DNA of 64,000 nucleotides from an uncultured cyanobacterium. GTDB lineage: Bacteria; Cyanobacteriota; Cyanobacteriia; Cyanobacteriales; Cyanobacteriaceae. Below the pieces are notes generated by a model. That model made no database searches. It had not been told where the DNA came from and worked only from the letters and a program-made list of their open reading frames with translations. Shown here piece after piece: positions 40,849 through 51,769 of this stretch; positions within the stretch are counted from its first letter, which is position 1; each line of letters starts with the position of its first letter. Both the position numbers and the translations under genes were made by a program. The DNA lies in assembly GCA_963710605.1 (NCBI GenBank), contig CAVQBA010000006.1, forward strand, positions 864,001 through 928,000, given 5' to 3'.

Positions 40849-42099
40849 ATGAATATTTATATTCTTAACCTTTTGGTTATTGGCTTACTATTGCTGGTTG
40901 TTACTTTGGGTTCGGGGTGGATAAAACGCCTACCTCTATCCTACGCTATTATCTATCTTATTGTTGGTATTGTATTGGGTAATTATGGCTTTGGACTAAT
41001 CGAAACTAGACCAGATACCCAGTTTTTAGAAAGATTAACGGAATTTGTGGTTATTGTGTCCGTATTTGGTTGCGGACTAAAGATCAATCGCCCTTTAAAA
41101 CTTTGGGCATGGCAATCGACTATTAGGCTAATCGGATTATTGATGCCTATCTCTATCTTGGCATTAAGTGCGATCGCCCACTACGTTTTAGGCATGGGTT
41201 GGGGAGTTGCGGTGTTGATGAGTGCAATTCTAGCCCCAACCGACCCCGTACTGGCTTCAGAGGTACAGTTAGCTCATGTTGAAGATAAAGATGAACTACG
41301 CTTTGCCTTGACTTCTGAAGGAGGTCTGAATGATTCTCTGGCGTTTCCTTTCGTTTATTTCGGAATCTATGCCTTCAAAGATTCTAATTGGGATAACTGG
41401 TTTACCAAGTGGGTAGGAATCGACTTACTTTGGGCGATCGCATTAGGGATTATAATGGGCATTATTGTGGCTAAAGCCGTCATTTGGATCGATCGCATCT
41501 TGCAAAAGCGTCGCTCAGCCGATGATTTGATGGAAAATTTTGTGGCACTGAGCATTATCTTATTAACTTATTCTCTCACTGAATTGGTTAATGGTTATGG
41601 CTTCTTGGCAGTATTTGTAGCGGGTTTGGTGGTGCAACGGAGTTATTTTACCCAACAGGATAAACGCCTTACACAGCTAGAATTTACCGAACAAATCGAG
41701 AAGTTATTAGAAGTTACGGCGATCGTTATTTTAGGCTCTATGCTATTAATCGAGCCGATGGTTAAGTATGCGGGAGAATCATTGCTTGTCGCAGGGTTAT
41801 TATTTTTGGTGATTCGTCCTGTAGGAGTATGGTTATCTACTTTGGGAAGTGACACGCCAAAAGTAACTCGTTATCTTATGGGTTGGTTTGGCATCAAGGG
41901 TTTGGGTTCGATTTATTATCTCACCTACTCTTTAGGCAAAGGAATTTCGGGGACTGTGGCAGAACAATTAGCTTGGATTACTTATACGGTGATAGTACTA
42001 TCGATACTAGTTCATGGAATCACCGCATACCCTTTAATGGCTTGGTATGAAGACGCTAAAAAAAAATCAAAAGTTTCCCCTACCAAAGCAGTTTCTTAA
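40849..42099 (+). CDS. Cation:proton antiporter (CPA1/NhaP-like)
   Basis: APTDPVLA, SEGGLND, GWFGIKG.GS; about 12 TM segments. Confidence 0.92.
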   Translation: MNIYILNLLVIGLLLLVVTLGSGWIKRLPLSYAIIYLIVGIVLGNYGFGLIETRPDTQFLERLTEFVVIVSVFGCGLKINRPLKLWAWQSTIRLIGLLMPISILALSAIAHYVLGMGWGVAVLMSAILAPTDPVLASEVQLAHVEDKDELRFALTSEGGLNDSLAFPFVYFGIYAFKDSNWDNWFTKWVGIDLLWAIALGIIMGIIVAKAVIWIDRILQKRRSADDLMENFVALSIILLTYSLTELVNGYGFLAVFVAGLVVQRSYFTQQDKRLTQLEFTEQIEKLLEVTAIVILGSMLLIEPMVKYAGESLLVAGLLFLVIRPVGVWLSTLGSDTPKVTRYLMGWFGIKGLGSIYYLTYSLGKGISGTVAEQLAWITYTVIVLSILVHGITAYPLMAWYEDAKKKSKVSPTKAVS

Positions 42100-42174
42100 A
42101 ATATTACCTGACAATATTTGTGTAAAAATAATCATCAAGTTTGTCAGCCACGCAAGTGAGCAATTATTAAATAA

Positions 42175-43203
42175 ATGGTTAATCAAAAAACAGCAATATA
42201 TCGTATCTTAGACGCTAACCTCGATCGTGCCAGAGAAGGTTTAAGAACGATCGAAGAATGGTATCGTTTAGGATTAAATAACCCTTCAAAGGCAAATTTA
42301 TGCAAACAGATGCGTCAGCAATTAGCATCTTATCATCGAACAGAATTTAAGTTAGCCAGAGACACAACCAATGATGTCGGTACTAGTTTAAGCCATCCTC
42401 AAGAAGAAAAAAGAGCCGATATTGAGACATTAATTCAAGCTAATTTAGGGCGTGTACAAGAAGCATTAAGAGTATTAGAAGAATATGCCAAATTATTTGA
42501 TAGCCAGTTTGCCCAAGCGATGAAACAGATGCGTTATCAAGTTTATATTTTAGAAAGCGAATTTTTGGCTACATCTCACTCAAAACCAAAATTGTCTGAA
42601 TGCCCCTTGTATTTAGTCACCTCTGATGTCGATAACTTATTATCCGTTGTTGAGTCGGCATTAAAAGGAGGTTTAAAATTAGTGCAATATCGTAGCAAAA
42701 ACGAAACTGACGATATTCGTTTCCAACAAGCATGGGAATTAAAACAATTATGCGATCGTTATAATGCTATATTTTTAGTTAACGATCGAGTTGATATTGC
42801 CTTAGCTGTAGATGCTGATGGTGTACATTTAGGGCAAACAGATTTACCTGTAGAAGTTGCCAGAAAGTTATTAGGTAAAGACAAAATAATCGGTCAATCT
42901 ACTACTTGCCCCGAAGAAATGGCACTTGCCTTATCTACTGATGTTGATTATATCGGAGTAGGTCCAGTTCATGCAACACCAACTAAACCAGGTAAAAAAG
43001 CCTCAGGATTAGAATATATTCGTTATGCGGTGGCTAATTCTAATGTACCATTTTATGCGATCGGTGGTATTGATGGTGATAATATTGGCAATGTCGTCAA
43101 TGCAGGGGCGAAAGGGGTTGCGGTAGTAAGGGCGATTATGGAAGCAGATAACCCTGAAACGCAAACTGCAAGTTTATTAGCTCAATTAAAAATTGTGGAT
43201 TGA
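42175..43203 (+). CDS. thiE: Thiamine-phosphate synthase (cyanobacterial long form)
   Basis: RILDANLDRAREGLR, VQYR.K, VNDRVDIA, GVHLGQ.D, TPTK, AIGGI. Confidence 0.96.
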   Translation: MVNQKTAIYRILDANLDRAREGLRTIEEWYRLGLNNPSKANLCKQMRQQLASYHRTEFKLARDTTNDVGTSLSHPQEEKRADIETLIQANLGRVQEALRVLEEYAKLFDSQFAQAMKQMRYQVYILESEFLATSHSKPKLSECPLYLVTSDVDNLLSVVESALKGGLKLVQYRSKNETDDIRFQQAWELKQLCDRYNAIFLVNDRVDIALAVDADGVHLGQTDLPVEVARKLLGKDKIIGQSTTCPEEMALALSTDVDYIGVGPVHATPTKPGKKASGLEYIRYAVANSNVPFYAIGGIDGDNIGNVVNAGAKGVAVVRAIMEADNPETQTASLLAQLKIVD

Positions 43204-43295
43204 GCAATTGTTTCTATCTAAAAACTTAAATATTTTTAAGATTTGTTGATTATTTTTTTTAGTTTTATTCGAGTTTCCAAATAAGTTTGTTAAAT

Positions 43296-43390
43296 CAATT
43301 CTCCCCCCTTTAGAAGGGGGGATGGGGGGATCGTCCATTGAATGGCGTATTGGATTTTAATGATAGTAACGGTGCTATTTTTTCTCATTA
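43296..43390 (-). repeat. C/G-run hairpin element, uninterrupted homolog of 39508-39839
   Basis: Reverse complement TAATGAGAAAAAATAGCACCGTTACTA...GATCCCCCCATCCCCCCTTCTAAAGGGGGGAG. Confidence 0.75.
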
Positions 43391-43653
43391 CCTTTGTCCC
43401 TTGTCCGCAAGTCCATTGTCCTTCAATTGACGATCGTTTATCATTTGGTAGAAACACTTTTTAATAAAGCTATTATTTACTATTTTAAAATTACCTAAAA
43501 TATTTAATTTATTTGTAACTTAATTTAGCTAACAATTATAGGGAAAATTTAATAATATTTATTTTAAGATAAAATATAGCTAAAAAATAAAAAAAATTAG
43601 ATTTAACTTCAAAACACTTTAAAGTTTGATCATAAAAATTATTTACTTACTTA

Positions 43654-45447
43654 ATGAATAAATATCCTCTACTAAAAGAATATGCGTTACGTTTTCGTAA
43701 TCTCGTATTTCTTTCGATCGGTTCAGGTTTCGTCAGTGCTATTTTTAATAGTATCGGAGTGACATTAGCAATTCCGATTATTTTAAGTATTCTTGATCCT
43801 AGTTTGCTTCCTCTTGATAAATTACCAGATATTTTAAGCCAGCCTTTAATGTTATTTGATTATTTTTCTGCCGATTTGAAAAATATTTTGATGGCGATTA
43901 CAATTTTTGTTTTAATTGTTTTAAGAAATGCGACTCAAGTAGCTAATTCAATCTTTAATAGCTTACTAATTAAAAAACTAAGTAATTCTTTAAAAATTGA
44001 TATTTTTGAAATACTATTTGATGTTGATTTAGATTTTTTTAATAAAAATAAAATTGGTAATCTAATTAGTACTTTAAACACAGAATCAATGAGAACGGCA
44101 TTATCTATTAGAAGTTTTCTTGATTTATTAAGAACTTCAATTAATATTTTTATATTGCTAATTATCTTAATTTCTCTTTCTTGGCAGATAACTTTAATTA
44201 CTGTATTATTTTTACTTTTGCTGAGTTTAGGTAATCAAATTTTTATCAAAAAAGCGAAAATAATTGGTAAGAAACAAAGACGAGTAAGTAGAGAATATGC
44301 TCAAAGAATAGTAGAAGTTTTTAGTGGAATTCGTTTGGTCAAATCAGTAGCTCAAGAACAACAAGAATATCATAAAATATCTTATCTAGTAGAAGAAGCC
44401 GAAAAGTTAGAGTTAGAAGCACAATATACCAGAATATTTATTCAGCCGCTTAACGAAATATTTGGTGTGTTAATTATTTTAGTCATTGTCATTATTGGCA
44501 AATATTTTTTTACCGAAGAATCACTAGCATTAGCGGCAACTTTACTTACTTACTTATTAGTATTATTTAGACTTTTACCTCTTGTTTCTAATATTAATCA
44601 ATATCGAACTATGTTAGCTAATCAATCAAGTTCGGTTGAAATAGTAAATAGTTTTTTGAATACTAAAGATAAACCATTTTTACATAAAGGTAATATAGCT
44701 TATCAATCTCTTGAAAAAGGAATATATTTTAACAATGTTTGGTTTAGTTATCCTGAAGTAGATGAAGTAGTTTTAAAGAATATTAATCTATTTATTCCTA
44801 AAAATAAAGTAACAGCTTTAGTTGGCTCTTCTGGTTCAGGAAAATCAACTTTAGGAGATTTATTTACTCGTTTTTATGACCCTACTCAAGGGCAAATTTT
44901 ATTTGATCAAACTGAGTATCAAGAATTAGAATTAAAAACTGTTCGTCAAAAAATGGCGATCGTTTCTCAAGATACTTTTTTGTTTAATGATACAGTCAGA
45001 AACAACATTTGTTACGGATTAGGTGAAGTTTCTGAAGCAGAATTAATTAATGCTTCTAAACACGCTAATATTTATGACTTTGTGATGGCGTTACCCAAAC
45101 AATTTGATAGTGAAATAGGCGATCGTGGTATTATGTTATCTGGAGGACAAAAACAATTAATTGCGATCGCACGAGCTTTACTGAGAAACCCAGAACTACT
45201 ATTATTAGATGAAGCAACTAGTGCATTAGATACAGTTTCCGAAAAAATAGTTCAAAAAGCCTTAGATGAATTATGTCTTAATCGCACAACTTTGGTAATT
45301 GCTCATAGACTATCAACTATTCAAAACGCAGATCAAATAGTAGTCTTAGATAAAGGTGAAATAAAAGAAATTGGTACACATGAAGAATTATTAGCTCATA
45401 ATGGTTATTATAATAATTTCTATCAAATGCAATTTAAAAATAATTAA
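43654..45447 (+). CDS. ABC exporter, fused permease/ATPase (HepA/MsbA-like)
   Basis: TM domain, GSSGSGKS, LSGGQ, LLLDEATSALD, IAHRLST. Confidence 0.93.
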   Translation: MNKYPLLKEYALRFRNLVFLSIGSGFVSAIFNSIGVTLAIPIILSILDPSLLPLDKLPDILSQPLMLFDYFSADLKNILMAITIFVLIVLRNATQVANSIFNSLLIKKLSNSLKIDIFEILFDVDLDFFNKNKIGNLISTLNTESMRTALSIRSFLDLLRTSINIFILLIILISLSWQITLITVLFLLLLSLGNQIFIKKAKIIGKKQRRVSREYAQRIVEVFSGIRLVKSVAQEQQEYHKISYLVEEAEKLELEAQYTRIFIQPLNEIFGVLIILVIVIIGKYFFTEESLALAATLLTYLLVLFRLLPLVSNINQYRTMLANQSSSVEIVNSFLNTKDKPFLHKGNIAYQSLEKGIYFNNVWFSYPEVDEVVLKNINLFIPKNKVTALVGSSGSGKSTLGDLFTRFYDPTQGQILFDQTEYQELELKTVRQKMAIVSQDTFLFNDTVRNNICYGLGEVSEAELINASKHANIYDFVMALPKQFDSEIGDRGIMLSGGQKQLIAIARALLRNPELLLLDEATSALDTVSEKIVQKALDELCLNRTTLVIAHRLSTIQNADQIVVLDKGEIKEIGTHEELLAHNGYYNNFYQMQFKNN

Positions 45448-45599
45448 CAGACTACAGTGTTTAGAGTGAAAAGTGAACAGATAACTTATAGAATTAAGAA
45501 TTAAGAGAATACGAAAATTGAGAGAGTACGAAAATTGAATTTACTTAAAAACTATTAATTACTATTAACTATTAACTATTAACTATTAACTAATCGGTT

Positions 45600-47843
45600 A
45601 TGGGGAAAAAATCGACTAATTCATCTATTTTGAGTCAAATGGTTACGGGTGTGTTTCAAACAATTCAAATCAAATTAGATACACCTGCACTTAAAGCTAA
45701 CGCCAAAGTACCGACTTTACGGATTAAATACACTCAAAATGGTAAAAAATATACAGAAAATTATCCTTTATTAGGCGATAAATATATCATTGGGCGTAGT
45801 CGTAGTCAATGTGATATTCCCATTCGTAGTGATATAGTCAGTACTCGTCACTGTACGATCGAAAAAGATATAAGCAATCCCAAGCAGTTTATTATTAAAG
45901 ACTTAAAATCAACTAATGGGGTTTATTTTGGCAAAAAACGTTACCAATCAATCACATTAAATCATAACGATGTGATTACCCTCGCTCCCCCAGAATTAGC
46001 CGATGCAGTAGAAGTTAGATTAGACAATTCTCCTGTCAAACTTGTCTTGTTATTACGATACATTTTGATTACGTTGATGATTACTTTATTGACGACGATC
46101 GGTTTAATTGGCATACAATGGAGTAGATACCAAGTTAGTCCAATACCTGTTCATGTAGGTGGTGCTACTGTAGTTTATGGTAGTGATGGGAAAACAATCC
46201 TCGCACCGAAAATTGATGCACCTCACCGAGAAATAAAAAATTTAGATGAATTTTCTCCTTATCTTCCCCAAGCATTACTTGCGTCTGAAGATAGTCGTTA
46301 TTTATGGCATTTTGGTGTTGACCCGATCGGTATTTTAAGGGCATTATTAATTAGACGTGATGGTGTAACTCAAGGTGCGAGTACGATTACTCAACAATTA
46401 GCCCGTAGTATTTATCCTGATGTAGGAAGAGAAAATACGATCGCCCGAAAATTACGAGAAGTTATTGTTGCAACCAAGCTAGAAGCAGTTTACAGTAAAA
46501 ATTATATTATCAGAACATATCTTAATCGAGTTTATTTAGGTATCAACTTGTATGGTTTTGAAGATGCCGCTCAATTTTATTTTGAAAAATCAGCACGAGA
46601 TTTAGATTTAGTTGAGTCAGCAACTTTAGTTGGTATGTTACCCGCACCGAATGCTTTTAATCCTGTTCAAGATTATGATACCGCCATCGGTTTACGTAAT
46701 CGTATCATCGAACGGATGTTGAAAGCAAATACGATTACAGAAGAAGAAGCCTCACGGGCAAGACGCTCAACTATTAAAATTAGCCCAAAAGCAAAACAAA
46801 CATTATCTAATATCATTGCACCTTATTTCTACAGTTACGTTTTTCAAGAAATGAGCGATGTTTTAGGAAGTAATCTCACTCAAGAAGGAGACTTTATTGT
46901 TGAAACTAGTTTAGATTTGCGGATGCAAGAAATAGCCGAACAAAATATTAAAGCCCATATTGATACCAACGGTAAACAAGCTAATTTTGCTCAAGGTGCG
47001 ATCGTTACCCTTAAAAGTAAAAATGGTGAAATTGTCGCCTTAGTCGGCGGTAAAGACTTCCGTGAAAGCCAATTTAACCGAGCCACCCAAGCCCAAAGAC
47101 AACCCGGTTCAACTTTTAAAGTCTTTGCTTATACAGCCGCCTTAAATAAAGGTATTAGTACCGAGAAAATATACTCTTGTGCACCATTATTTTGGCAAGG
47201 ATTTCAATATCGTGGTTGCGAAAGAACATCAGGAGGGGCGACAATGGCAAGAGGTTTAGCAATGTCAGAAAATGCTATTGCTTTGAGAGTAGCCAAAGAA
47301 GTCGGTTTAAAAAATGTGGTTGATACTGCCCAACAACTAGGTATCTCCTCACCCTTAAATCCTGTACCCGGATTGATTTTAGGACAAAGTGAAGTAAATG
47401 TCTTAGAAATTACGGGTGCATATACTGCCTTCGCTAATCAAGGAATTTGGTCTCGCCCTCATGCTATTAATATTATTAGAGACGGTAGAGACTGTGAAGA
47501 CGACGATAATTATCGAACTTGTCGAGAAATGTATCGTTTTAATCAAAGTGGTGATAATCAAAAACAAGCTTTAAATGTCGGTGTTGCTCAAAGCATGAAT
47601 CGGATGTTACAGCAAGTAGTTACTAATGGTACAGCAAGAAATGCCTATCTAGGTAAAAAAGAAGCAGGGAAAACAGGTACGACAAATAAAGGCGTGGATT
47701 TATGGTTTATTGGTTATGTACCTCAAGATAATTTACTAACAGGTGTTTGGCTGGGTAATGATGATAATAAGCCAACTAATAGTAGTAGTTTTCAAGCTGT
47801 TTTATTATGGCAAAAATATATGAAAGCAATCGATGATAATTAA
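45600..47843 (+). CDS. Class A penicillin-binding protein with N-terminal FHA domain
   Basis: FHA (IGRS..CDI, VSTRH, STNG), one TM helix, EDSRY..HFGVD, GASTITQQL, RQPGSTFK, AGKTGT. Confidence 0.93.
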   Translation: MGKKSTNSSILSQMVTGVFQTIQIKLDTPALKANAKVPTLRIKYTQNGKKYTENYPLLGDKYIIGRSRSQCDIPIRSDIVSTRHCTIEKDISNPKQFIIKDLKSTNGVYFGKKRYQSITLNHNDVITLAPPELADAVEVRLDNSPVKLVLLLRYILITLMITLLTTIGLIGIQWSRYQVSPIPVHVGGATVVYGSDGKTILAPKIDAPHREIKNLDEFSPYLPQALLASEDSRYLWHFGVDPIGILRALLIRRDGVTQGASTITQQLARSIYPDVGRENTIARKLREVIVATKLEAVYSKNYIIRTYLNRVYLGINLYGFEDAAQFYFEKSARDLDLVESATLVGMLPAPNAFNPVQDYDTAIGLRNRIIERMLKANTITEEEASRARRSTIKISPKAKQTLSNIIAPYFYSYVFQEMSDVLGSNLTQEGDFIVETSLDLRMQEIAEQNIKAHIDTNGKQANFAQGAIVTLKSKNGEIVALVGGKDFRESQFNRATQAQRQPGSTFKVFAYTAALNKGISTEKIYSCAPLFWQGFQYRGCERTSGGATMARGLAMSENAIALRVAKEVGLKNVVDTAQQLGISSPLNPVPGLILGQSEVNVLEITGAYTAFANQGIWSRPHAINIIRDGRDCEDDDNYRTCREMYRFNQSGDNQKQALNVGVAQSMNRMLQQVVTNGTARNAYLGKKEAGKTGTTNKGVDLWFIGYVPQDNLLTGVWLGNDDNKPTNSSSFQAVLLWQKYMKAIDDN

Positions 47844-48044
47844 TAATGAATAATTAATAATTAAATACACTAATTAAAAGTTGGTTGTTAAGATGTTTAA
47901 TTTACTTTATAAACTTTTGGGTACAACATCTATCACTATTAACTATTAGCTATTAACTATTAACTGTTATTACTTTTTTCAGCTAAAAAGTTTCAACATG
48001 ACAAGAATAAATTAAAATAGAAAAGAAGCTCCCAAGAAAATTAG

Positions 48045-48662
48045 ATGCAAATATTTGGTGAATTTATTCAACATTTCCCTCCAGAAAAAGACTCTCTTGA
48101 ATTAACTTTCACGCCAACTTCTGTACCTTTAAAAAAACGTTGGCGAAATAATCGTTTGTCAGCTCATTTTATTGCTGATTATTTTACTACATTTTTGCCT
48201 TTGGATGATGCTCAATGTAAGCAAAAAAAGCAAATAGAAGAAAGTAAATGTGCTGTTTCTTATGTTGCTAATGAGTTATTAGAAAATGCGATGAAATATA
48301 ATTCGGAAAAAGTACGAACTCAGATTAAATTTGGGATTCATTTTGTGGAAAAAGAAAGCTTAATTGCGGTTATTTTCGCTACTAATATTATTAGTTTAAA
48401 AAATCAAGAAAAGTTACAGGTATTTATTAAAAAGTTATCTGATAAAGATCCTGAATTATTATATATAGAACAGTTAGAAAAAAATGCTTTTAATGAGCAA
48501 GAAAATAAAGTAGAAGATGAATGTTCAGGTTTAGGTATTCTAACTATGATTAATGATTATAATGCTCTCATCGGTTGGCAGTTTGATACTTTAGAAGATT
48601 TTGATGATGAGAGTTTTTCGATCGTCACCACCATGGTACAGTTAGAAGTTTGTCAAAATTAA
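48045..48662 (+). CDS. Slr1658-like regulator (HATPase/anti-sigma-like)
   Basis: KKRWRNNRLSAHFIADY, VANELLENAMKY, SGLGILTMINDY. Confidence 0.8.
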   Translation: MQIFGEFIQHFPPEKDSLELTFTPTSVPLKKRWRNNRLSAHFIADYFTTFLPLDDAQCKQKKQIEESKCAVSYVANELLENAMKYNSEKVRTQIKFGIHFVEKESLIAVIFATNIISLKNQEKLQVFIKKLSDKDPELLYIEQLEKNAFNEQENKVEDECSGLGILTMINDYNALIGWQFDTLEDFDDESFSIVTTMVQLEVCQN

Positions 48663-48797
48663 ATAACTGCAAAAGCTAACAATAAAAGCTTCAAATTACT
48701 TATTATCGATCGATAATCTGAAAATTAATAATGAGTTTTAACGAGTATTTTGTTATATGATTGGAAATAAGCAAGTAGATAAATTGTGTGATAAAAA

Positions 48798-49151
48798 ATG
48801 GAAAATCAAGTAATTGAAGGTCAAGATTATTCAGTTAGATTAAATAAAGCAGAAAATACAGTTATCTTTGCAGGAGAATTGAGTTTAGGAGAGCCAACAG
48901 AATATCATCCTATTAAAGATATACTTGAATCAGTAGCCCAAGAAGATCCTGAAAATATGACGATCAATCTGCAAAAATTATTGTTTTTAAACAGTTCAGG
49001 TATCAGTATGTTATCTAAATTTGTAATTAGTTTAAGAAAGAAAAAAAGACTACAATTAATTGTTTTAGGTTCAGAAGAAGTACCTTGGCAAAAAAAATCG
49101 TTGAAAAATTTACAAAAATTTTTACCGGGTTTAAAGTTAGAAATAAACTAA
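48798..49151 (+). CDS. Slr1659-like STAS/anti-anti-sigma protein
   Basis: L.FLNSSGISMLSKFVI, PWQKKSLKNL. Confidence 0.8.
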   Translation: MENQVIEGQDYSVRLNKAENTVIFAGELSLGEPTEYHPIKDILESVAQEDPENMTINLQKLLFLNSSGISMLSKFVISLRKKKRLQLIVLGSEEVPWQKKSLKNLQKFLPGLKLEIN

Positions 49152-49610
49152 TTATTTAGCAAATAAAGGCAACATAAAAGTAGAACTAAGAATACCAACT
49201 ATCAAACCAACAATAACTTGTATCGGAGTATGCCCTAACAATTCCTTTAATTTTTCTTCACTAAAGTCTTCGTGTTTAATAATTTGCTCCATAATTTGGT
49301 TTAATATTCTTGCCTGTTTTCCCGCCGCTTGTCTAACTCCTGCCGCATCATACATGACAATAAAAGCAAAAATAGTAGCGATCGCAAATTCAGGAGATGA
49401 CCAACCCTCTATTTGCCCTACACCTGTAGCTAAAGAACCGACAAGAGCCGAATGAGAGCTAGGCATACCACCCGTACTAACAAAAAAGCGAAAGCTAAAT
49501 TTACGATTAATAATAATATCCGCAATAACTTTGACTAGTTGAGCAACTAAACAAGTTAACAAAGGTACTACTAGTAATGGATTGTTCCAGACTGCCACCA
49601 AAATTTCCAT
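49152..49610 (-). CDS. Divergent PAP2 family (DUF212) protein
   Basis: GGMPSSHSA, MYDAAGVRQAAG, ELLGHTP. Confidence 0.92.
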   Translation of the reverse strand: MEILVAVWNNPLLVVPLLTCLVAQLVKVIADIIINRKFSFRFFVSTGGMPSSHSALVGSLATGVGQIEGWSSPEFAIATIFAFIVMYDAAGVRQAAGKQARILNQIMEQIIKHEDFSEEKLKELLGHTPIQVIVGLIVGILSSTFMLPLFAK

Positions 49611-49624
49611 TTTTTTCAGTTAAT

Positions 49625-50551
49625 TTAGTTTTTACGATTAATAATATAATGAGCAATTGCTTGTAAAGGAATAGCTTTATCGCCATAAATATCCAACTGT
49701 GCTACCGCTTCATCAATCAATTCTTGAGCTTTAAGACGAGAAGTTTCTAAACCCCAAATTTTAGGATAAGTTGCTTTTTGAGCAGAAATATCTTTACCTG
49801 CGGTTTTACCTAACTCTTCACTTGTAGCCGTGACATCAAGAATATCATCCGCAATCTGAAAAGCCAAACCAATATTTTGAGCATAAGTAGATAAACGTTT
49901 CAAATCATCATCTGTCGCTTCTGCTAACACAGCACCTGAAGACACACAAGCTTCTAGTAAAGCACCTGTTTTGTGTCGATGAATAAAACTAAGAGTTTCG
50001 GCACTGACATTACTTTTGCCTTCACAATCCAAATCCATTACCTGCCCACCAACTAAACCATTCGCCCCAACTGCCTTACCTAAAATAGCCAATACCTTGA
50101 CCACTTGTTGTGGATTAAGCGAGCAAGTTTTTTCCGCCACATATTCAAAAGAGTAAGCTAGTAAACCATCACCTGCTAGAATCGCAATATCTTCGCCATA
50201 GACTTTATGATTAGTTAAATGTCCACGACGATAATCATCATTATCCATTGCAGGTAAATCATCGTGAATAAGAGACATGGTATGAATCATCTCTAAGGCA
50301 CAAGCGGTGGGAATAGCTACCTCTGAGTTTTTGCCTAACAATTCGAGGGTAGCCAAACAAAGAATTGGACGTAATCTTTTACCACCTGCTAAAAGAGAAT
50401 AACGCATTGCTTCGTAGATTTTTTCAGGTTGCCCGATGGGGAGAGAATCATCTAAAGCCTTTTCGACTAATTCTTTTTTTGCTTCTAGATAACTTTTCAA
50501 TTTGAAATTAGCTAGGTTTGGTGATGTCGGTTGAATATCGGTTTGTACCAT
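49625..50551 (-). CDS. crtE: Geranylgeranyl diphosphate synthase
   Basis: [33 protein letters not shown]. Confidence 0.95.
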   Translation of the reverse strand: MVQTDIQPTSPNLANFKLKSYLEAKKELVEKALDDSLPIGQPEKIYEAMRYSLLAGGKRLRPILCLATLELLGKNSEVAIPTACALEMIHTMSLIHDDLPAMDNDDYRRGHLTNHKVYGEDIAILAGDGLLAYSFEYVAEKTCSLNPQQVVKVLAILGKAVGANGLVGGQVMDLDCEGKSNVSAETLSFIHRHKTGALLEACVSSGAVLAEATDDDLKRLSTYAQNIGLAFQIADDILDVTATSEELGKTAGKDISAQKATYPKIWGLETSRLKAQELIDEAVAQLDIYGDKAIPLQAIAHYIINRKN

Positions 50552-50773
50552 CGTCTTTATCTTATGTGTGCAGTCTTTTAGCTTAGAGAAGATATGGTAT
50601 CAATTATCATCAATCGAGGGTTTTTAATCAAGTTAATAGTTGATAGTTAATAGTTAATAGTGGACAATTACCACAAGTAAAAGAAAATAATAGTCAAGTA
50701 AAATCAATCAATCGTATAATCGAATATCTACTTCTCACCGTTATCTGTTAATTGTTTTTGTAGCTACTAATGA

Positions 50774-51586
50774 CTAATTAACTTCTAATAATTGCTGATT
50801 TAATTTACCACTACGATAACCTTCTAAATCCAAGGTGACATAAGTAAAGCCCAGACTTTGAAAATGAGCGACAATATCAGTCATATTCTGCTTGACAACA
50901 AAATTGGTAATTTGCTCTGGAGGTAATTCGATTCTAGCTGTATCGTCATCCGATCGAACTCTCAGGTTATTGTAACCCATTTTGCGGAGGTAAATTTCGG
51001 CACGACCAACTCGATGTAATTTGTCAAAAGTGATTTCTTCTCCATAAGGAAAACGGGAAGATAAACAAGGCTGAGAAGGTTTATCCCACCATGGCAAACC
51101 GAGGAGTTTAGTTAATTCTCTCACTTCCATTTTGGTGACACCAACTTCAGCTAAAGGCGATCGCACTCCTCTTTCTTTTGCCGCTTGTATTCCGGGGCGA
51201 TAATCTTGCAAATCATCGGCATTAACCCCATCAATAATGTAGGGATAACCTCTGTCTTTTGTAATGATGGTTAATTTATCATGAAGCTCACTTTTACAAA
51301 AATAACAACGATTGACAGGGTTAGAAGTATAGTTAGGGTTATTCATCTCCTCGGTTTCAATCAATTCGTGTTTGATACCGATAATTTGGGCTTGGGTTTG
51401 AGCGTCGTCTAATTCTTCAGGTAATAATGAAGGAGAAACTGCGGTGATAGCAATCGAATTTTTTCCTAAAACGTCGTTGGCAATTTTCGCAACCAAAGTA
51501 CTATCTATCCCCCCAGAATAAGCAATTAAAGCTTGACCCATTTGGGCAAAAATATCTTGTAAAGCAGTTAGTTTATCCTGAATCAT
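50774..51586 (-). CDS. larE: ATP-dependent sacrificial sulfur transferase LarE
   Basis: AYSGGIDS, NRCYFCK, DYRPG, PCLSSRFPYG, YRSG. Confidence 0.93.
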   Translation of the reverse strand: MIQDKLTALQDIFAQMGQALIAYSGGIDSTLVAKIANDVLGKNSIAITAVSPSLLPEELDDAQTQAQIIGIKHELIETEEMNNPNYTSNPVNRCYFCKSELHDKLTIITKDRGYPYIIDGVNADDLQDYRPGIQAAKERGVRSPLAEVGVTKMEVRELTKLLGLPWWDKPSQPCLSSRFPYGEEITFDKLHRVGRAEIYLRKMGYNNLRVRSDDDTARIELPPEQITNFVVKQNMTDIVAHFQSLGFTYVTLDLEGYRSGKLNQQLLEVN

Positions 51587-51685
51587 AGGTGATTATTTAA
51601 AATACGATCGATTCTCAAGTAAGTGTAACGTTTCTTCAATCTAAATTATAACAACTATCAACAGAGTACAATGAACAGTGAACAA

Positions 51686-51764
51686 TTACTCATTACTCAT
51701 TACTCATTACTCATTACTCTTTTCTTCACTCCTTACTCCTTACTCCTTACTCATTACTCATTAC
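51686..51764. repeat. Heptamer repeat (TTACTCA/TTACTCC)n
   Basis: Read directly; same family as 40545-40641 on the opposite strand. Confidence 0.85.
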
Positions 51765-51769
51765 TACCC

